Shown in pieces: positions 57,484-64,000 of a stretch of 64,000 nucleotides of DNA. A program made the translations under genes and the position numbers. Within the stretch, counting starts at the first letter, position 1. Every line of letters begins with the position of its first letter. A model generated the notes under the pieces. The model was not told the origin of the DNA and did not search any database. It worked only from the letters and a program-made list of their open reading frames with translations. The DNA comes from Leucoraja erinacea (lineage: Eukaryota). The stretch spans positions 186,001-250,000 of the forward strand of contig NW_026575759.1 in NCBI RefSeq assembly GCF_028641065.1, read 5' to 3'.

Positions 57484-59018
57484 GTGACATATTTGCACAC
57501 CAGATTTCTTAATCATGTTTTTCACGCTCTTTTAGAGAGGTGTGTGTATATGAATGTGTNNNNNNNNNNNNNNNNNNNNNNNNNNNNNNNNNNNNNNNNN
57601 NNNNNNNNNNNNNNNNNNNNNNNNNNNNNNNNNNNNNNNNNNNNNNNNNNNNNNNNNNNNNNNNNNNNNNNNNNNNNNNNNNNNNNNNNNNNNNNNNNNN
57701 GTAGTTGTGTGTGTGTTTATGTGTATGTATGTGTACATGTGTCTATATTTGTGTGTGTGTGTGTATATGTATAAAAGATGGACACAAAATGCTAGAGTAA
57801 CAGCGGGACAGGCATCATCTCTGTATAGAACAAATGTGTGTGTGTGGGAGAACGTGTGTGTGTGTGTATATGTGTACATGTGTCTATATTTGTGTGTGTG
57901 TATATATACACACTGAACCTTTTTCTTGTTTATTATATTGTTTACCGTGTACTATGTTTACATATTCTGTTGTGCTGCTGCAAGTAAGAATCTCATTGTT
58001 CTATCTGTGACCCTATGACAATAAAACACTGTTGACCCTTGGCTCTTAATCCTATTTTCCTTTTTCTCCCAATTTAAGGGCCAAGCAAAGGGTTTCTTAG
58101 ACACTCTGGAAGAGAAGAGATGGGCGATTTTGGAAATAGAGCAACAGCAGAAACAGAAGATCGCTGAGATTAGGGTAATGTGTCTTNNNNNNNNNNNNNN
58201 NNNNNNNNNNNNNNNNNNNNNNNNNNNNNNNNNNNNNNNNNNNNNNNNNNNNNNNNNNNNNNNNNNNNNNNNNNNNNNNNNNNNNNNNNNNNNNNNNNNN
58301 NNNNNNNNNNNNNNNNNNNNNNNNNNNNNNNNNNNNNNNNNNNNNNNNNNNNNNNNNNNNNNNNNNNNNNNNNNNNNNNNNNNNNNNNNNNNNNNNNNNN
58401 NNNNNNNNNNNNNNNNNNNNNNNCAAAAGTTGTAGGTCAACTTGTTCTATTTGATCTATATGTTTGTGCACGTCAGGTTGATTGCATTAGTCGAAACAGG
58501 GCTGACCACGTGAAGGTTGCAATGTCCCACCACTGTGTGTGTGCGCGTGTATGTTTTGTACCACACACAACGCTATTACGGACCCCTTTATACCATATTT
58601 TGGTTACAGTGGTGCAGTGTCACTGGCGCTGTAAGGTAGCAACTCTACTGCTGTGGCACTGTGCCGCCCTTTATAATAGCGGGCAGTCGGGAATAGCGGG
58701 CACCGTTGCCCACCCACTAAGGTCCACCCGCGTTTTAATGCGAGTTCGCTGCATTGTTACCGTTTGCCGCAATTCCTTTTGCAGGATCAGTCGCTCAGCC
58801 TGAAGACCCGCATCACCTCCGAGTTTGCCGAAATGCACCAGTTTCTCACCGAGAAGGAGGAACATCTCACCGGAAGCCTACAACTGCACGAGGGAGAGAT
58901 CCTGGGAGCAATGGAGAAAAATCTTCAGGAAATCCAGGAGCATTCAAAATTAATTTACGACGAGCTGCAAAAGTTCCAGGAGCAGGTGGAGCAGAAAGAC
59001 GGGATCCTCTTCCTGAAG
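57073..59018 (+). CDS. TRIM-family E3 ubiquitin ligase (TRIM39/TRIM27/A33-like; RING, B-box2, coiled coil), 3'-partial; exons 57073-57483, 58079-58174, 58785-59018
   Basis: The C3HC4 RING (CPLC...CGHNFCRSC...CPEC) and B-box2 (CEEH...FCETD...ICYTC...HRDH) are intact. They are followed by 96-nt and 234-nt phase-0 coiled-coil exons typical of PRY-SPRY class TRIMs. Later exons were not identified in the window. Confidence 0.9.
58079..58174 (+). CDS. TRIM coding exon 2 (96 nt): GQAKGFLDTLEEKRWAILEIEQQQKQKIAEIR
   Basis: Polypyrimidine tract with tttaag| acceptor, and AGG|gtaatg donor. Confidence 0.87.
58785..59018 (+). CDS. TRIM coding exon 3 (234 nt, coiled coil): DQSLSLKTRITSEFAEMHQFLTEKE...DGILFLK
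   Basis: ccttttgcag| acceptor; I.SEF..MHQFL.EKE motif; ends at ...FLK with a putative GC donor AAG|gcaagg. Confidence 0.85.
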
Positions 59019-60117
59019 GCAAGGATAGTTATATGTTCAATTAGCGCGCACGGAATGATGTTGATAATGAAGGGCCAGACCTACTGAAGCAACTCAATGG
59101 GTCAGGCAGCATCTCTGGAGAAAATGGATAGGTGACGTTTCAGGTCAGGAAGAAGGTTCTCAACACGAAACGTCACCAAGTCAATAGACAATAGACAACA
59201 GGTGCTGGAGTAGGCCATTTGGCCCTTCGAGCCAGCACCACCATTCAATGTGATCATGGCTGATCATCCACAATCAGTTCCTGCCTTCTCCCCATATCCC
59301 CTGACTCTGCTATTTTTAAGAGCCCTATCTAGCTCTCTCTTGAAAGCATCCAGAGAACCGGCCTCCACCGCCCTCTGAGGCAGAGAATTCCACAGACTCA
59401 CCACTTCTCTGTGAGAAAAAGTGTTTCCTCATCTCAGTTCTAAATAGCTTACCCCTTATTTTTAAGCTGTGGCCCCTGGTTCTGGACTCCCCCCAACATC
59501 GGGAGTCAAGTCAAGTCAACTTTATTTGTCACAAACACATACAAGACGTACAGTGAAATGAAAGTGGCAATGTTTGCAGAATTGTGCAAAACAACAGAAC
59601 CGAACCAGTATTTACATTTTGTTTAAAAAGACACTCCAGTAAATGAGTCCCTGGTGAGATAGGAATTTACAGTCCAGGTGGCCTGTGGGAAGAAACTCTG
59701 CCTCATCCTCTCTGTTTGACAGCTGAAGCGCTTGCCTGACCGTAGCAGTCCTTTGCAGGGAGAGTAGGAGTCCTCCATAATGTTGTTGGCTCTGTATCTG
59801 CTCCTCCTGATGTATAGTTCCTGCAATGGAGGGGGAGTGTAGTTCCCATGGTGCATTCGGCCGAACGCACTACTCTCTACTGAGCCTTCCTGGCCTGGGC
59901 ATAGCTGTTCCCAAACCAGAGAGACTCTGAATTTCCTCAGCTGCCTGAGGTGGTAAAGGCGCTGCCTTGCCTTTCTCACCAGTGCGGCAGTGTGTGTTGT
60001 CCATGTCATGTGGGTTGTCCTCTGTGATGTGGACTCCCAGGTATTTAAAGCAGCTCGCCCTATCAACAGTAGTCCCATTTAACCCCAGTGGCGTGTATGT
60101 CCCCTGTTGTTGTGAGG

Positions 60118-60703
60118 ACATAGAAACATAGACAATAGGGTGCTGGAGTAGAGGCCATTCGGCCCTTCGAGCCTGCACCGACATTCGATATGATCATGGC
60201 TGATCATCCAACTCAGTATCCCATCCCTGCCTTCTCTCCATACCCCCTGATCCCTTTAGCCACAAGGGCCACATCTAACTCCCTCTTAAATATAGCCAAT
60301 CAACTGTGGCCTCAACTACCTTCTGTGGCAGAGAATTCCACAGATTCACCACTCTCTGTGTGAAAAATGATTTTCTCATCTCGGTCCTAAAAGACTTCCC
60401 CCTTATCCTTAAACTGTGACCCCTAGTTCTGGACTTCACCAACATCGGGAACAATCTTCCTGCATCTAGCCTGTTCCAACCCCTTAAGAATGTTGTAAGT
60501 TTCTATAAGATCCCCCCCTCAATCTCCTAAATTCCAGCGAGTACAAGCCGAGTCTATCCAGTCTTTCTTCATATGAAAGTCCTGACATCCCAGGAATCAG
60601 TCTGGTGAACCGTCTCTGTACTCCCTCTATGGCAAGAATGTCTTTCCTCAGATTAGGAGACCAAAACTGTACGCAATACTCCAGGTGTGGTCTCACCAAG
60701 ACC
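60118..60703 (-). mobile_element. CR1 3' fragment
   Basis: ORF 60484..60708(-). Confidence 0.85.
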
Positions 60704-61453
60704 AACAATCTATGTTCTCCAGAGATGCTGCCTGATCTGCTGAGTTACTCCAGCATTTTAGGTCTACCTTGCAGTTACCTCCCACCACCCCATGCTGTGC
60801 CCTACCTTTTCCTGCCCCTCCTCTCTTCTAGTTTTTCCCTCCCCCACTGCCCTCCCCACCCGAAATAGTCCATCTGAAGAAGGGAACAAAAAGCTGGATG
60901 AACTCAGTGGGACAGGCAGCGTCTCTGGAGAGAAGGAACGGGTGACATTTCTGGTCGGGTCTGAGGAAGGGTCTCGACCGGAAACGTCACCCGTTCCTTC
61001 CCTCCAGAGATGCTGCCTGTCCCGCGGAGTTACTCCAGCTTTCTGTGTCTATCTTCAGTTTAAACCAGCATCTGCAGTTCCTTCAGTCCCCTGCAGTTGG
61101 GGGAGCCCAGAACCAGGGGCCACACAGTTTAAGAATTAGGGGTAAGCCATTTAGAATGGAGACGAGGAAACCCTTTTTCTCACAGAGAGTTGTGAGTCTG
61201 TGGAATTCTCTGCCTCAGAGGGCGGTGGAGGCCGGTTCCCAGGTTACTTTCAAGAGAGAGCTAGATGGGGCTCTTAAAGATAGCGGAGTCAGGGGATATG
61301 GGGAGAAGGCAGGAACGGGGTACTGGTTGTGGATGATCAGCCATGATCACATTGAATGGTGGTGCTGGCTCGAAGGGCCGAATGGCCTACTCCTGCACCT
61401 GTTGTCTATTGTCTATTGACTTCCTGCATAAAGTGAAGAAGGGGCCCTGTTCA

Positions 61454-61775
61454 GAAACGTCACCTATCCATATTCTCTGCCTGACCCGCTGAGTTACTCC
61501 AGCACTCTGTGAAACGTCACCTATCCATGTTCTCCACAGATGCTGCCTGACCCGCTGAGTTACTCCAGCACTCTGTGAAACGTCACCTAACCATGTTCTC
61601 CACAGATGCTGCCTGACCCGCTGAGTTACTCCAGCACTTTGTGAAACGTCACCTATACATGTTCTCCACAGATGCTGCCTGACCCGCTGAGTTACGTCAG
61701 CACTCTGTGAAACGTCACCTAACCATGTTCTCCACAGATGCTGCCTGACCCGCTGAGTTACTCCAGCACTTTGTG
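61454..61775 (+). repeat. 66-bp tandem repeat, about 5 units, same unit as 35328-35520
   Basis: Produces the 22-aa periodicity in ORF 61387..61785(-). Confidence 0.92.
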
Positions 61776-64000
61776 TTATGGTCAAGATTCCATCATTTGC
61801 AGTTCCTTATGTCTCTCATGAATATGAATCTTCATTTTTTCCTCTCCCTGCAAGTTTAAAAACTTCACTAAGTCCACTCTGCGCACTTTCATAAATGTAA
61901 ATTTCACTGTTGGAGCATCTCACATTTTCGTCTTTCACGGAGGAAACAACCGTATTATTTTCAGTCCTTCCTGTTGCTTGCATTCTTTGACCATGTATAG
62001 TCGGTATAAGGAAGAGACTACAGATGCCGGTTTAAACCGAAGATTCACACCAAATGCCGGAGTTACTGCGTCTCTGGAGAGAAGGAATGGGTGACGTTTC
62101 GGTTTGGGACCAAAGAAGGGTCTCGACCCGAAACATCAGCCGTTCCTTCTCTCCAGCGATGCTGTCAGTCCCGCTGAGTTACTCCAGCATTTTGTGTCTA
62201 TTATATTGGTATAAATCGCCTTCATAACTTTTCCTGAACTTATCATTTGTATTTATAGGCAGCTTGCAATTAGATGGCATTTCTATTGAAAATAGAGAAA
62301 AAATGCTGGAGAAACTCAGCGGGTGCGGCAGCATCTATGGAGCGAAGGAAATAGGCAACGTTTCGGGGCGAGACCCTTCAGGTTTCGATCCAAAACGTTG
62401 CCTATTTCCTTCGCTCCATAGATGCTGCTGCACCCGCTGAGTTCCTCTAGCATTTTTGTGTACCTTCGATTTTCCAGCATCTGCAGTTCCTTCTTAAACA
62501 CAGGCTATGTGGGAGAGCTGGGAAAGGAGAGAGAAAGCAGGGACTACCTGAAATTAGAGAAGTCAATGTTCATACCGCTGGGGTGTAAACTACCCAAGCG
62601 AAATATGAGGTGCTGCTCCTCCAATTTGCGGTGGCACTCACTCTGGCCATGGAGGAGGCCCAGGACAGAAAGGTCGGATTGGGAATGGGAGGGGGAGTTG
62701 AAGTGCTGGGCCACCGGGAGATTAGGTTGGTTAGATCGGACTGGGCGGTGGATCTGGGCGAAGCGATTGCCAAGCCACTATTGGATTTCTATTGCATTTT
62801 TTAATTTGGAGTGCAGGAGGCTGAGGGGTGGACTTATGAGGGTACAATATCATGAGGGGACTAAAGATAAAGTGGATGCTCAGTGTTTTTCCCCCAGAGT
62901 AGAAGATTCAAACACGAGAGGGACCAGACTTTAAGTGATAAATTTAAGAGGGACTTCAGCAGCAACTTCATCAATAGACAATAGGTGCAGGAGGAGGCCA
63001 TTCGGCCCCTTCGAGCCAGCACCGCCATTCAATGTGATCATAGCTGATCATCCCCAATCAGTACCTCGTTCCTGCCTTCTCCCCATATCCCCTGACTCCC
63101 CCATCTTTGAGGCCTATATAGTTTTCTCTTGAGCTATATAGTTTCCAGAGAACCGCCCTCTGAGGCAGAGAATTCCACAGACTCACAATTCTCTAGGTGA
63201 AAAAGTGTTTCCTCGTCTCTGTTCTAAATGCCTTACCCCTTATTCTTAAACTGTGGCCCCTGGTTCTGGACTCCTCCAACATCGGGAACATGTTTCCTGT
63301 CTCTAGCGTGTCCAAGCCCTTAATAATCTTAGGTAGACAAAAGTGCTGGAGAAACTCAGCGGGTGCAGCAGCATCTATGGAGCGAAGGAAATAGGCAATG
63401 TTTTGGGCCGAAACACTTCTTCAGATCCTTAATAATCTTATATGTTTCAATAAGATATCCTCTCATCCTTGTAAATTCCAGAGTGTACAAGCCCAGCCGC
63501 TCCATTCTCTCAGCATATGACAGTCCCGCCATCCCGGGAATTAACCTTGTAAACCTACGCTGCACTCCCTCAATAGCAAGAATGTCCTTCCACAAATTAG
63601 GGGACCAAAAGTGCACACAATATTCCAGGTGTAGTCTCATTGGATAGTCAGTATCTCGTATGAGCTGCCAGAGGTAGCTAAAGAAGCAGATGAAATGACA
63701 ACTCTTTATTTTACACTACTATAGATACAGCACAGAAACAGGCCCTTCGGCCCACCGAGTCTGTGCTGACCAACAATTATCCCACACACTAGGGACGTTA
63801 CGTGTGGCAACCCAGGCTGCCACACGTGCAAACTCCACCCAGACAGCTCCCTGTGGCCAGGATTGAACGCGAGTCGCTGACGTAGTAAGGCGGAATGGTG
63901 GCACAGCGGTAGAGTTGCTGGCTGACAGCGTCGGAGACTCAGGTTCGATCGCGACCACGGGTGCTGTCTGTGCGGAGTTTGCACGTTCTCCCCGTGACCT

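Noticed and set aside
61387-61785. CRISPR-like or repeat-protein reading of the 66-bp array
   Set aside because: The units are contiguous near-identical copies with no unique spacers, there are no cas genes, and the context is eukaryotic and derived from the Penelope-type repeat.
61800-62300. Candidates for the short TRIM exon 4 and exon 5 (near 61940 and 62259)
   Set aside because: No candidate had a convincing AG/GT pair together with the expected size and peptide. The exons may lie beyond the window.

Overview
Vertebrate genomic DNA, most likely a cartilaginous fish such as a skate or ray (inferred from the HE1/V-SINE-like SINEs, dense CR1 LINEs and Penelope-like elements). The window is repeat-dense and has five N-gaps. 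Three spliced genes lie on the + strand. (1) The last 11 coding exons (5510-28116) of a carnitine O-acetyltransferase (CRAT)-like gene. Its frame and splice sites are intact, but the catalytic His is Gln, the STS oxyanion motif is STG, the carnitine-binding Tyr is Cys and there is no PTS1, so it looks like a maintained pseudo-enzyme paralog. (2) A butyrophilin-like gene (leader, IgV, IgC, TM, two 27-nt exons, B30.2; 35615-49664) with a frameshift in an A6 run at the start of the B30.2 exon. (3) The first three coding exons of a RING-B-box-coiled-coil TRIM gene (57073-59018), whose third exon appears to end at a GC donor. The CRAT-paralog/BTN/TRIM neighbourhood suggests an MHC-linked region. 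Introns and spacers hold CR1 (one near-intact ORF2), L2, L1, Rex1/Babar and Penelope-like fragments with hammerhead-ribozyme-like motifs, SINEs, several MITEs and a CTG expansion that arose inside a transposon. All coordinates and alignments were worked out by eye, and human CRAT residue numbers are recalled rather than computed.
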